Virus record (IMG/VR): IMGVR_UViG_3300010429_001696 | Location: 96,001-160,000 of that record | Direction: 5' to 3' (one strand) | Source of the DNA: a virus | Lineage: Duplodnaviria; Caudoviricetes | Length of the DNA stretch: 64,000 nucleotides | Part shown: one piece after another, positions 33,578 to 43,944 of the stretch | Layout: every line of letters begins with the position of its first letter | Numbering within the stretch: the first letter of the stretch is position 1 | Made by a program: the position numbers and the translations under genes | The notes under the pieces: generated by a model | Told to the model about the DNA's origin: nothing | The model's database searches: none | What the model saw: only the letters and a program-made list of their open reading frames with translations

Positions 33578-34335
33578 GGAAATTTTTAAAAAGTTTTTAC
33601 ACAGAACTTAATTTGAAACACGAATGTAGTATTGTGTATAACTACCGGCTATCCTCAATTACGTTTAATTAAGTTGAACTAATTATTAAAAGACTTAAAC
33701 AATGCGAACACAATATATTGGTTGTAGTAAATATGGAACAGCAGTAATGCCAAAAGAAGATGTTCTTTCATTTGTAGAAATTACTGTTAATAATGGCTCT
33801 GATATAGCTGAAGCTTTAGCCGATATGCGAATGATAGATGCCCTTCTTTCGGAATTATTAACTTAAAAACAAACATAAAATGTCAGAAATAAAACAAACA
33901 GCAGTAGAATGGTTCTACGATAAAATTAAAAGCCACTTTGAACATGATGGCGATTTATTGGAAACGCTAACATTTACAATGGCAATAACGGGCTCATACA
34001 TCAAGTAACAGATGATGAATTTATGATAACAAAACTTGGTAAAGAATTCGCTAAACACGACCACGTTATAGACGAGCTGAAAGCAGCCAAAGGAGTGTAT
34101 GTTTGTGGCACATGTGGTCAAAAAATGGATATTAAATGAAATTAAATTTAAAAAATATGAAAGATTTAAAAAAGAAAGAAAAGTTCAATATTTTTCTATG
34201 GAGCATCTTTGATAGAAAGAAATATCTGGAATATGATAAATTTTTGAAACTTGGATTAACAAAAAGAGCTGTATATTTTCATGTGAAAAATAGTATAAAA
34301 TAAAATATTATTAACTTGTAAAAACTAAAAAAACT

Positions 34336-34812
34336 ATGAAAGACAAATCTAATCTTATGACAGCCATATCCTTGGCTATTATTATCCTAATGACACTTCT
34401 TTTCACATCTTGCTCCAAAGAGCACGAGTGGAATTTCTCTGGTCAATGGGCTGGTGGACCAGACCTATTCGATGTAAAAAATATGGTTTATACTGGATAT
34501 TTTTCGGATACCACAACGGTTATGAGAACAATAAAAGGAGTAAATGATCATATTGAAATTATTATGTATGGAGCACCAAACATAAAAGTTGTTGCAAATC
34601 AGATAGATAATAAACTATATTGTAGTGATTATGAAGTTGAAACCAGCGCTATTACCTCGTGTCCTAAAACAAAAATAAAATATCACAATATTATTATGGA
34701 ATTAAAAAATGATTCTTTAATAGAAACAGGTGAATATTCAGTTTGCTTTGATAATGAAGTAATTTCATATAAAAACAATTTTTATATTGCAAAATTTATA
34801 AAAAGAAACTAA
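34336..34812 (+). CDS. lipoprotein
   Basis: Signal peptide ending FTS|C then SKEHE. Confidence 0.65.
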   Translation: MKDKSNLMTAISLAIIILMTLLFTSCSKEHEWNFSGQWAGGPDLFDVKNMVYTGYFSDTTTVMRTIKGVNDHIEIIMYGAPNIKVVANQIDNKLYCSDYEVETSAITSCPKTKIKYHNIIMELKNDSLIETGEYSVCFDNEVISYKNNFYIAKFIKRN

Positions 34813-34908
34813 ATATATAGATTGGGTTGTGAAGGGAATGTTAAAGCCATTATAAGTGATAGAAAACTACCTTTACAGATAGACCCAAATATTGCAATAT
34901 TAAATGAG

Positions 34909-34940
34909 AAAAAAGAGAGCGAATAATCGATCTCTTTTTT
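34909..34940 (+). terminator. possible intrinsic terminator
   Basis: AAAAAAGAGA..TCTCTTTTTT inverted repeat. Confidence 0.5.
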
Positions 34941-34975
34941 CTTTTTTTCATTTTTAATGATTATCTTTGTTGGAT

Positions 34976-35428
34976 ATGATCAATAATATTGGAACAGCAA
35001 AACTCGATGGAAAATATTATGAGTTCAATATAATCGAGCTCTTAGACTTTATAATGGACACTGGTTACAAAACCAGATCTATGAAAGTCAGTGATTTAAT
35101 AGGATATACTTTCGATGATGATTTGACGAACTCGTATGTTAAAGATGAAAATACAAATGATGAATGGGTTTTGTTTAAAAATTTATCTCTCGAACACAAA
35201 ATAGCCATTGTTGAAGAAAAAGAGAATAGAATAAATAATTCTAGTCTGGAATATCCAATCATAGTTATATTGAATAGCGAAGGAATTTATTTTGTTGTTG
35301 ATGGAAATCACAGGCTGAAAAAAGCTTCAAGACTTGGAGTGAAGGAAATAGAAACATATTTATTAACAGAAAATGAAATTTTAAAAGCCTTTGAAAATAA
35401 AGAACTTAGAAAAATTGAAAAAAAATGA
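34976..35428 (+). CDS. ParB/Srx-like N-terminal domain protein
   Basis: YPIIV...VVDGNHRL. Confidence 0.7.
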   Translation: MINNIGTAKLDGKYYEFNIIELLDFIMDTGYKTRSMKVSDLIGYTFDDDLTNSYVKDENTNDEWVLFKNLSLEHKIAIVEEKENRINNSSLEYPIIVILNSEGIYFVVDGNHRLKKASRLGVKEIETYLLTENEILKAFENKELRKIEKK

Positions 35429-35659
35429 AAACGAAATTATTGCACAAAATAAGAAAAGATATTAGAATTACTGATTATAAATACGGATTTTATGGTTATG
35501 AAATGTATTATAATTTCAAATGGATAAGACAAGGATCATTTCATTTTTTATCAGATATATTGAAAGAAGTTCATTATATAATGAGACATCGAATGAAAAG
35601 ACATAGCTTCGCTTTAAGATCTTTGGAAAAGGCGAAGATTAAAATTCGTTTGAAATTAT

Positions 35660-35703
35660 AAAAAGTTCTATTTAAAAAAAATCTTAAATAGAACTTTTTT
35701 TTT
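35660..35703. terminator. AT-rich hairpin, possible bidirectional terminator
   Basis: AAAAAGTTCTATTTAA..TTAAATAGAACTTTTT. Confidence 0.55.
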
Positions 35704-36054
35704 AAATTTTTGATATTTTATATTTAATATATATGAAAAAAATGAAAAAAAGGTTCAACAATTTCGAAGATTATGTCAAAGAATGTAAAGATTCGAAAAA
35801 GAAAAAAGGAAAAAAAGAGATGAAAAAAATCATCGAATCAATGGAGTTCGATGATAAGCTCTATGAAAAATGGAGCAAAAAAGTGAAGGTTAAAAAAACT
35901 GGCGAGCACTCTGAAAAAACTATTAAAGACATAAAGAAACAGATGAATAAATTAAAAGGTAAAACTCCTTTTGATAGAGAAAAATATTCAGAGCTTCTTT
36001 TTGCTTTAAGAGCCAAACAAGGCTGGAAAAAAGGCGATGGAGCTACAGAGTAAA

Positions 36055-36899
36055 TTAAAATTTTAAATTATTGAATTTATTTTTTATTTGAGCGTAAACA
36101 TGATCATCGACGAGTAACGCATTTGAATCTGTCCAACCACAATTTTGTTCTTTTTTTAAATCATACAACTCATTTACTTTCAATAATTTAATATCATTAT
36201 CGATTGGATTGAAATAAAGATCTAAAATCTCTAAAAGACTTATATTTCTTTTATCCATATCCATTTTTATTTGTTTCATTATAGATCCTTCCTCTTCAGT
36301 AATATCATTAACATTTTTATTTTTTAAAAAGTCGCTTAGCTCGTTTATGCAATTTATTGTAACATTATAATCAAATTTTTTATGAAAATTTTTATCATAA
36401 CATTGAGTTATAGCTTTTGTGAAAATTTGTGGTGTCGGATCAGAAAAAGGATAAGAATCTTTATGTGGATTAAAAATTTTTGTTAAATTCGGCATATTAT
36501 TTCCGAGTAGCCCTTTGGATACAGCGACTTTTGCTCCATCATAAGGTATGACATAAAATGTTTTGCCATAGAAATCTCCTAGCCATTTTTTAATAGTGAA
36601 ATCAATTGATCTATATTTATTTGGATAACCTAATTTTTTCCAAGTTTCAGATTGATCAATAACGTGAATCATTATATACAAATTAAATTCATATGGCAAT
36701 CTAACTTCGTGTTTTGAAGATTCCACAAAATGAAAATCTCCATTTACTCCTTTCATCCCTCTGGTCGCCAATCAAATTCTTTACAATTTTTTTTATATAA
36801 TTCAAAAAATTCATCGACATTCAATTCCTTTGTATAAAAAGAATAATCTGGTTTGTCATAAACATTGGCTTCATTTATAAATCTTTTAAATGTTTTCAT
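36055..36899 (-). pseudogene. frameshifted protein with MKTFKRFINE leader
   Basis: ATG at 36899 reads MKTFKRFINEAN...KNCKEFDW then stops; body (RGMKG...) continues in another frame with only a TTG start. Confidence 0.5.
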
Positions 36900-36964
36900 A
36901 TTTTAATTTTTTTTTTTTGATATTTTATATTTAATATATATAAAAAAAAATTAAAACAATTTTT

Positions 36965-38992
36965 ATGAAACTTAAAAATATCACATCGTTCAATGAATTT
37001 ATTTTCGAAGCTAACGACATACCAGAAGAATTTTCAAATAAAACAAAATTTTCAGAATCTCTTGTGGGTAGAGGAATTTTCTCTTTATTGAGGTATTTAA
37101 AGCAGGGTATCGATGCTCTGAGATTAGAATATTTAAAGCAAAAACTTGAAAATGAATATTTTGCTGGTGTTTTGAGATTTTGTGCTGTTAAAGAAATAGA
37201 TTTAAAAACAGGATCAACACCAACAAAAGATAGTGGTGGTGGCGGCGGCGGTGGAGCATCGACTAATATAAAATATAAATGTGAATTATTGAATGTTGAT
37301 TATACAGATACATCAAATACATTACAAGATATAATAAAATATGTTGATGATTTTTTTGTCTCAGTTCCAACTGGTGTGACACCAGGTTTTTTTACTCCTG
37401 AAGAAGAAGAAGTGTTAAATGAGATGAAGCGCGACAAAACAACAGGTGATTATAAAATAAAAGTAAACGCGATTTTCAAAGATTTAAATGACACTTATGT
37501 GCCAAATGCTGAAACAGGATCAGATTTCACAACAGAAGAAGCAGCTATAAACAAACATTTAGATGACATTAAGGCTTATCTGGATTGGATAAAAACAAAT
37601 GATATTTGTCCAACTTATAAATTAACAGATAATGAAAAAGAAGTCATAAATAAAATGAACAAATGTAATAATGTTGAAGTCAAGAAAAGATGTGATGATA
37701 TAATAACAAAAATAAATGAGTCATTTTATTTTCATTATGATAAAAAAGAAAACTATTTAATTAATGAAAAATTATCTGGTAAAATAAGTAGTCTTACCAT
37801 AGAACAAATTTTAGGGGATTGTTTGGCTACAAACTCTAAAAATATTTCAAAAGTCAATTTAAGAGAATATTTAGCAAAACAAGATATCCATAAAGTTGAA
37901 GATATAGCTTGGGATGCTTTAACCACTGTGTGGTCGAAAAATGAATCATATCAAAAGGAAGCCACGTCTTACATTAATAAAGAATCCGTTGTTAATATTC
38001 AATATGCTGCTTCTAGATTTATTTATAGAATAAAAAAGACCCCAACTTATCAAGGTATAACTCCTTCTAGCGGGGGCAAGACGTTATGGGATGAAGATTC
38101 TAGTTTAAAACATGTGTGGGAGAAAAAAGTTCAAAGTGTTAGGAGTAATTGGCAATATTTCTTTATTATGAGCGAAGTGGATCCATTTGTAATACTAAAT
38201 TATCAGGATGCTCTTAGAAAAAGAGATAGTGCTCTAGATGGTTATAAAAAGGGAGTGGAGACTTTTACGAGAGATGTGGTAATTACATCAGAATATAGCT
38301 CATATGGATTAAAATTAGTAGGGGAGTGTCCAAAACCACCAAATCTTGGACAAAACCAACAAGTGTTAGCGTCCGTGTCAATGTCCAATAAGATTTATTA
38401 TTTAGTTTTTGAATTAAACGCTAATGTCGGTCAAGGCCTTACAGCATATAAATATATTGGTAATATAAATCTCGATAAATTGAAAGATGATAAAATAACT
38501 GATCATTCTAAATTCAAAGAATATGGTTTTCAATATCCACCAAAAGCAGGAGGGAAACCAGCAACCGAGATATATAATCAAGAAATTAATAAAGATTTGG
38601 GAATAAATCATACAATAACGGAACGAACATTAAGCGGAATTTATTTTCTTGCACCAGGTATGGATAGAATAAAAACTGGTAGTGTTAATGAAATTAGAAT
38701 AGTTTTAGAATATGATCGAAATTCTACTACTGCATATGAACTCGCTAATCACCCGCCACAATTATCTGTTAAGGTGTTAAAAAATCAACGAGCAAAAGAC
38801 ATAACTCCAAGTAACGGGGTGTTCGATATATCATATAAGACTTTGTATAATAATAGCACAACAACAATGATGTTTAACCATTTCGCAACTTTTGAATCTA
38901 ATAATATAGATGAATTTTTTGATAAATTTACAGTATCTAAATCAAAATGGATAATTGATGGTGATCATATGCGTTTTTACAAATTTACATAA
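36965..38992 (+). CDS. large hypothetical, possible virion protein
   Basis: 675 aa; ITSFNEFIFE leader, poly-Gly linker, internal INE sites; AATATATA box upstream. Confidence 0.6.
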   Translation: MKLKNITSFNEFIFEANDIPEEFSNKTKFSESLVGRGIFSLLRYLKQGIDALRLEYLKQKLENEYFAGVLRFCAVKEIDLKTGSTPTKDSGGGGGGGASTNIKYKCELLNVDYTDTSNTLQDIIKYVDDFFVSVPTGVTPGFFTPEEEEVLNEMKRDKTTGDYKIKVNAIFKDLNDTYVPNAETGSDFTTEEAAINKHLDDIKAYLDWIKTNDICPTYKLTDNEKEVINKMNKCNNVEVKKRCDDIITKINESFYFHYDKKENYLINEKLSGKISSLTIEQILGDCLATNSKNISKVNLREYLAKQDIHKVEDIAWDALTTVWSKNESYQKEATSYINKESVVNIQYAASRFIYRIKKTPTYQGITPSSGGKTLWDEDSSLKHVWEKKVQSVRSNWQYFFIMSEVDPFVILNYQDALRKRDSALDGYKKGVETFTRDVVITSEYSSYGLKLVGECPKPPNLGQNQQVLASVSMSNKIYYLVFELNANVGQGLTAYKYIGNINLDKLKDDKITDHSKFKEYGFQYPPKAGGKPATEIYNQEINKDLGINHTITERTLSGIYFLAPGMDRIKTGSVNEIRIVLEYDRNSTTAYELANHPPQLSVKVLKNQRAKDITPSNGVFDISYKTLYNNSTTTMMFNHFATFESNNIDEFFDKFTVSKSKWIIDGDHMRFYKFT

Positions 38993-39010
38993 AAAAAATA
39001 AATATAAAAA

Positions 39011-39685
39011 ATGATAAAATTTTCTGAATTTATAAGAATATACGAAGAGGTTACTAATCCTCCTGCTCCACCTGCTCCACCTGCTCCGAAAATTCCTAAT
39101 TATTTTAATAGATATATTAAGTTAAATGATCTAAAATCTAAGATTAGTGGTGGAGGAAGTGGTGGAGGAAGTGGCGAGGGTCAGTGTATCACAATAGAAG
39201 ATATGAATGGAGTTACTTATAATTTAAATTTCTCCGGTTCATATACACATGGTTTGAATAATTATAAGATAAAGAGCAGTGATGATGCAGTAAATAAATA
39301 TTTTATTCCACAATATGGATTGAAAGACGTTGACAGAGTCTTACGAATTATACCCAAATGGGAAAATGGAATGAAAAATGATCGAAATTCTAAACTTTTG
39401 ACAGATTATAGTGGTCAAACGTACTCTGGTAATACAGACTATCAGTTCATAAATCAATTTATATCAACTAATAGAAAAGTGTTGAAAAATAAAAGGATAT
39501 CGGACATAAGTAGTAGTTATAAAACACATAATTGGAAAATAAAAACTCAGAATGGTTATGTTTCAGCTTCTCAAGTAAAACAGGGAGATACTATATCATT
39601 TATAAGGGTTGATAATAAAAATATTTTTACTCCGCGAGTAAAAGTGCAGTCCATAGATTTACATGCTCCTGCTCCGACTCCATAA
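39011..39685 (+). CDS. hypothetical protein with Pro-Ala and Gly-Ser linkers
   Basis: MIKFSEFIRIYE leader; PPAPPAPPAP; GGGSGGGSG. Confidence 0.6.
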   Translation: MIKFSEFIRIYEEVTNPPAPPAPPAPKIPNYFNRYIKLNDLKSKISGGGSGGGSGEGQCITIEDMNGVTYNLNFSGSYTHGLNNYKIKSSDDAVNKYFIPQYGLKDVDRVLRIIPKWENGMKNDRNSKLLTDYSGQTYSGNTDYQFINQFISTNRKVLKNKRISDISSSYKTHNWKIKTQNGYVSASQVKQGDTISFIRVDNKNIFTPRVKVQSIDLHAPAPTP

Positions 39686-39698
39686 AAAATTAGATGTT

Positions 39699-40130
39699 AT
39701 GATAAAATTTAGTCAGATAAATGAGAATAATAAAATTGAAAAAGTTTTTTTGGGTGGAACTTGTAATGAGTCGTCTTGGAGAGATAAATTAATAAAGAAA
39801 TTAAAAATTGATTATTTTAATCCAGTTGTTGATGATTGGGATGAGAAAGCATATAAAGAAGAGCTCAGACAAAGAGAAATATGTGATTATTTATTATATG
39901 TCATAACTCCAAGAATGACAGGTGTTTATAGTATAGCTGAAGTCGTAGATGATTCAAATAAAAATCCAGATAAAACTATTTTTTGTTTTTTGTTGAGTGA
40001 TGATAATTATACTTTTGATGAAGTCCAAATGAAATCATTAAAGGCTGTTGAAAAAATGGTAAATAAAAATGGTGGAAAAACTTTTAAAAGCCTGAATGAT
40101 ATAGCTGATTATTTAAACGAGCAAAAATAA
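39699..40130 (+). CDS. nucleoside 2-deoxyribosyltransferase-like protein
   Basis: KVFLGGTCNESSWR, YFNPVV, GVYSIAE. Confidence 0.75.
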   Translation: MIKFSQINENNKIEKVFLGGTCNESSWRDKLIKKLKIDYFNPVVDDWDEKAYKEELRQREICDYLLYVITPRMTGVYSIAEVVDDSNKNPDKTIFCFLLSDDNYTFDEVQMKSLKAVEKMVNKNGGKTFKSLNDIADYLNEQK

Positions 40131-40141
40131 GAAACGAATGA

Positions 40142-40864
40142 ATGATTTATTTGAAACTATATGAACAATTTAATCTAGATGAAGATGATCCTTGGGGTGA
40201 GGACGCACCAAGAAAATACACATTTAGTGAGTGGTTTAGAGATAAATATGGAAATAGAGATCTTGAAGATGAAGAATATGACGATCTTGAAGATCCGCTA
40301 ACCATAAAGGTAATTAATTGTTATAATAATTCTCTGACCAGTCTTGGGGGAGTAGAGAACTTGATAAATCTTAAAGAGTTACATTGCTTTAATAATTCTC
40401 TTGTTAGTCTCGATGGAATAGAAAACTTGATAAATCTTGAATGGTTAAATTGTTCTTATAATTCTCTGACCAGTCTTGGGGGAGTAGAGAACTTGATAAA
40501 TCTTAAAGGGTTATATTGTTCTAATAATTCTCTAACCAGTCTTGGGGGAGTAGAGAACTTGATAAATCTTAAAGTGTTATATTGTTCTAATAATTCTCTG
40601 ACCAGTCTTGGGGGAGTAGAGAACCTGATAAACCTCAAAGAGTTATCTTGTTATAATAATTCTCTGACCAGTCTTGGGGGAGTAGAGAACTTGATAAATC
40701 TTGAAAGGTTATCTTGTTATAATAATTCTCTGACCAGTCTTGAGGGAGTAGAGAACCTGAGAAATCTTGAAAGGTTATCTTGTTATAATAATTCTTTTTC
40801 AGATGAATATAAAGAACACTTGAGAAATTATTGTAAAAAAAGAAATATAAGTTCGAATATATGA
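40142..40864 (+). CDS. leucine-rich repeat protein
   Basis: About 8 x 22-aa repeats encoded by 66-bp units; LKLYEQF plus DDPWGED leader. Confidence 0.9.
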   Translation: MIYLKLYEQFNLDEDDPWGEDAPRKYTFSEWFRDKYGNRDLEDEEYDDLEDPLTIKVINCYNNSLTSLGGVENLINLKELHCFNNSLVSLDGIENLINLEWLNCSYNSLTSLGGVENLINLKGLYCSNNSLTSLGGVENLINLKVLYCSNNSLTSLGGVENLINLKELSCYNNSLTSLGGVENLINLERLSCYNNSLTSLEGVENLRNLERLSCYNNSFSDEYKEHLRNYCKKRNISSNI

Positions 40865-41484
40865 ACCATTTGAAACTATATGAACAATTTAATCTAGATG
40901 AAGATGATCCTTGGGGTGAGGACGCACCAAGAAAATACACATTTAGTGAGTGGTTTAGAGATAAATATGGAAATAGAGATCTTGAAGATGAAGAAGATGA
41001 CGATCTTGAAGATCTTGAAGATGAAGAATATGACGATCTTGAAGATCCGCTAACCATAAAGGTAATTAATTGTTCTAATAATTCTCTGACCAGTCTTGAG
41101 GGAGTAGAGAACTTGATAAATCTTGAAAGGTTATCTTGTTATAATAATTCTCTGACCAGTCTTGAGGGAGTAGAGAACCTGATAAACCTCAAAGAGTTAT
41201 ATTGTTATTATAATTCTCTTGTTAGTCTCGATGGAATAGAAAACTTGATAAATCTTAAAGAGTTACATTGCTTTAATAATTCTCTTGTTAGTCTCGATGG
41301 AATAGAAAACTTGATAAATCTTGAATGGTTAAATTGTTCTTATAATTCTCTGACCAGTCTTGGGGGAGTAGAGAACTTGATAAATCTTAAAGGGTTATAT
41401 TGTTCTAATAATTCTTTTTCAGATGAATATAAAAATTATTTAAGAAATTATTGTATAGAAAAAAGTATTAAATATATTATATGA
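40861..41484 (+). CDS. leucine-rich repeat protein, tandem paralogue
   Basis: About 6 repeats; N-terminus nearly identical to 40142, C-terminus identical to the 9102 gene. Confidence 0.9.
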   Translation: MNHLKLYEQFNLDEDDPWGEDAPRKYTFSEWFRDKYGNRDLEDEEDDDLEDLEDEEYDDLEDPLTIKVINCSNNSLTSLEGVENLINLERLSCYNNSLTSLEGVENLINLKELYCYYNSLVSLDGIENLINLKELHCFNNSLVSLDGIENLINLEWLNCSYNSLTSLGGVENLINLKGLYCSNNSFSDEYKNYLRNYCIEKSIKYII

Positions 41485-41795
41485 ACCATTTGAAACTATA
41501 TGAACAATTTAATAATGAAGACGATCCTTGGGGCGAGGAAAGGAAGCCATATAGAGGAGGAAAAATAGAAATCAGGGATAAAGTTATGCTCATAGATAGA
41601 AATGAGGCCAAAATTATACAACATGAAATAGGGTATTATTATTATGGTCAAACAGTTCTTGATACTGGTGATATTTTTGTGGTAAAGGGGATACATCCAG
41701 TATTGGTTCATGATAGACTTGTAAGGGGTTTAAATTTTAATAATAATTGGTCGCAGGACGTATTATATAACGAAAAAAAATTTAAAAAAATATAA
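41481..41795 (+). CDS. tagged hypothetical protein
   Basis: MNHLKLYEQFNNEDDPWGEE. Confidence 0.7.
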   Translation: MNHLKLYEQFNNEDDPWGEERKPYRGGKIEIRDKVMLIDRNEAKIIQHEIGYYYYGQTVLDTGDIFVVKGIHPVLVHDRLVRGLNFNNNWSQDVLYNEKKFKKI

Positions 41796-41801
41796 ATAAA
41801 A

Positions 41802-42218
41802 ATGAAACATTTAAAGAAATTTGATAATTGGATTAACGAGGAAATCATAACCGCCCAAGATTATAAAAACAAGCTTGAGTTGGATATGGAAACAGCAGAA
41901 GATGAAAAAAATATCAAAGATGAAGGAGATTTACAAAAACTTAGTAAATTGAAAATCACAGATATACAGAGAAAAATGGAATTTTTAAATAAACAAAAAG
42001 CCGATATAAGTGGTGAGATTACAAAACTACAAAACATTCAAAGAGATATGATGCCAGACAATCCATCAGATCCAAATAATAAGGCAAATCAACAGAAATT
42101 TATTGAAGAGCAAAATCAAAAAATATTAGCCCAACAAAATAAGTTGAAGGCTTTTGATGATGAAATAAAATTATTGAAATCTGAAATAGATAGAAATAAA
42201 AAGAAGTATGGAGTTTAA
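41802..42218 (+). CDS. coiled-coil protein with MKHLKKFDNWINE leader
   Basis: 138 aa, heptad-rich. Confidence 0.65.
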   Translation: MKHLKKFDNWINEEIITAQDYKNKLELDMETAEDEKNIKDEGDLQKLSKLKITDIQRKMEFLNKQKADISGEITKLQNIQRDMMPDNPSDPNNKANQQKFIEEQNQKILAQQNKLKAFDDEIKLLKSEIDRNKKKYGV

Positions 42219-42564
42219 TTCTCCGAGAAAACCATATCAATTATTTTCTTTTGATATGAATTAATATACATATCGTCCGTGACTCTAACAAATATTATAT
42301 TCTTTTTTTCATCCTCATCTACGAATGATGATATGCCAGAAAATCTATAAAAACAAGAATAAGCTATTTTTTTCATTTTATCTCCTTTAACCAAAACAAC
42401 ATTATCGTATCCATCTTCGTCCGTCCAATAGAATTCTATGCCCTTCTTTTCTAAGTAGAGTATAAGCTTTTCTACGAAAGGCTTCATTGATTCTATTTTT
42501 GCTTTATAGTCCATAATTGATACAAAGATAAGGCATATATATTAGAATGAAAAATGGAATTTTA

Positions 42565-43461
42565 CTAAATTATAACTGAAAAGTTTGATATTTGTTTTTT
42601 TAAAATATCAATCAAGTAATTTTCATTTTTAGTATTTTTAAAAACAGATAAATTTATTTTTTCCATGTAAGGTTTTTTATCTATTATCAACTCATCAATA
42701 ATATCGGATGCTTTCTGCAAATATTCTTTTGATATTTCGTGAAAAATAATTTCATAATTTTGATAAAAATTTATCAATTCGTCTTTATTTTTAATTTTCT
42801 TCATGTTTAATTCATCTAAGAATATATTAGTATAATTAAACAAATCATCATAATCAAATTTATTAATAAAATCCAAATGATTAAAATCTTTTAATTGTAG
42901 AAGAGCTTTATAAATATATGTTTTTTTATATTCTTCTATTAACTGTTGTTTGTCGTATGTTTTTAACCATCTTAACATGTCATATATCATATGATGTCTT
43001 GCTTCTTTTTCATGTTTTAAACTCAAATAAACTAAATGAATAAATTCCATATATGGATTATTTCTAAAGTGATTTTTTAAATTGTTTATAGGACCGACAT
43101 TTAAAAAACTATGAATATCATCGTCAGTTATTGCGTCATAAACATGTTTTAATTCATGGGATATAGAAGATATTAACTTATTATAATCCACTTGATTGTC
43201 TAATATAGTGATGTTTATTTCGATTTCATCTCCCAAAGAAGCTACATAAATAGCGTTACAATTTGATTCATAAGTTCCTATATTATTTTCATAGAAAAAT
43301 ATGTTAAGTTTAATATCATCGAAAACATCAGTTGATATCCTGAAAAAGTTATGGCCCAGATTTACTAAATTGACAATTTTTGAATAAATTATAGAAATCG
43401 TTTTCTTCAATTTATAATCAATATTTTCATTGACGAATTCGTTCCATTTTTTCATATCCAT
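42565..43461 (-). CDS. HExxH-containing protein with MKKWNEFVNE leader
   Basis: ISHELKHVYD and downstream HEKEA. Confidence 0.55.
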   Translation of the reverse strand: MDMKKWNEFVNENIDYKLKKTISIIYSKIVNLVNLGHNFFRISTDVFDDIKLNIFFYENNIGTYESNCNAIYVASLGDEIEINITILDNQVDYNKLISSISHELKHVYDAITDDDIHSFLNVGPINNLKNHFRNNPYMEFIHLVYLSLKHEKEARHHMIYDMLRWLKTYDKQQLIEEYKKTYIYKALLQLKDFNHLDFINKFDYDDLFNYTNIFLDELNMKKIKNKDELINFYQNYEIIFHEISKEYLQKASDIIDELIIDKKPYMEKINLSVFKNTKNENYLIDILKKQISNFSVII

Positions 43462-43944
43462 AAATATAAATATATCGCAAAAGATGAAATGTTTTAATTA
43501 ATCATCTTCGCCACATATCAATATTCTTTTCGGACAGTTGTCGATGATATTGTTCGAGCCGTGGTTAAATCCAGATCCAATATATTTAATTTGTTTTGTT
43601 GGCATTTCAGAAATTAAAAGTGGATACTCTGTTTGATATGCTTTGGCAACAGCAAAATTTGGATATTTTTCAATAAAATATTTTAACTCATTGAATTTTT
43701 TTTCTATCAAACTTTTTTTTGGTCTCCATCCTATGGCTGGATCACAATAATCCAATTCGCTGATATCATAAACTCCATCTGACACATAATTTTTACTTTG
43801 AAGAACACTTCTCAGTAATTGATTGTATTCTCGAATTGATGCCCCTGGATCATCATCAACTTGCTCGTTCAAACTAAATTGATTAAATTTGTTAATTTTT
43901 TTCATATTTTTTGAATTATTTTTTATTTATATATTAAAAAAAAA

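Noticed and set aside
40310-40800. CRISPR array
   Set aside because: The 66-bp periodicity is in-frame LRR coding with no unique spacers; no cas genes seen. The same applies to the 21-bp repeat at 31414.
40310-41420. Diversity-generating retroelement acting on the LRR repeats (NNT/NNG codon pattern resembles adenine mutagenesis)
   Set aside because: No reverse transcriptase or non-coding template repeat in the window, and synonymous adenines (gga, tta, gta/ata) stay invariant; selection plus gene conversion fits better. Not excluded genome-wide.
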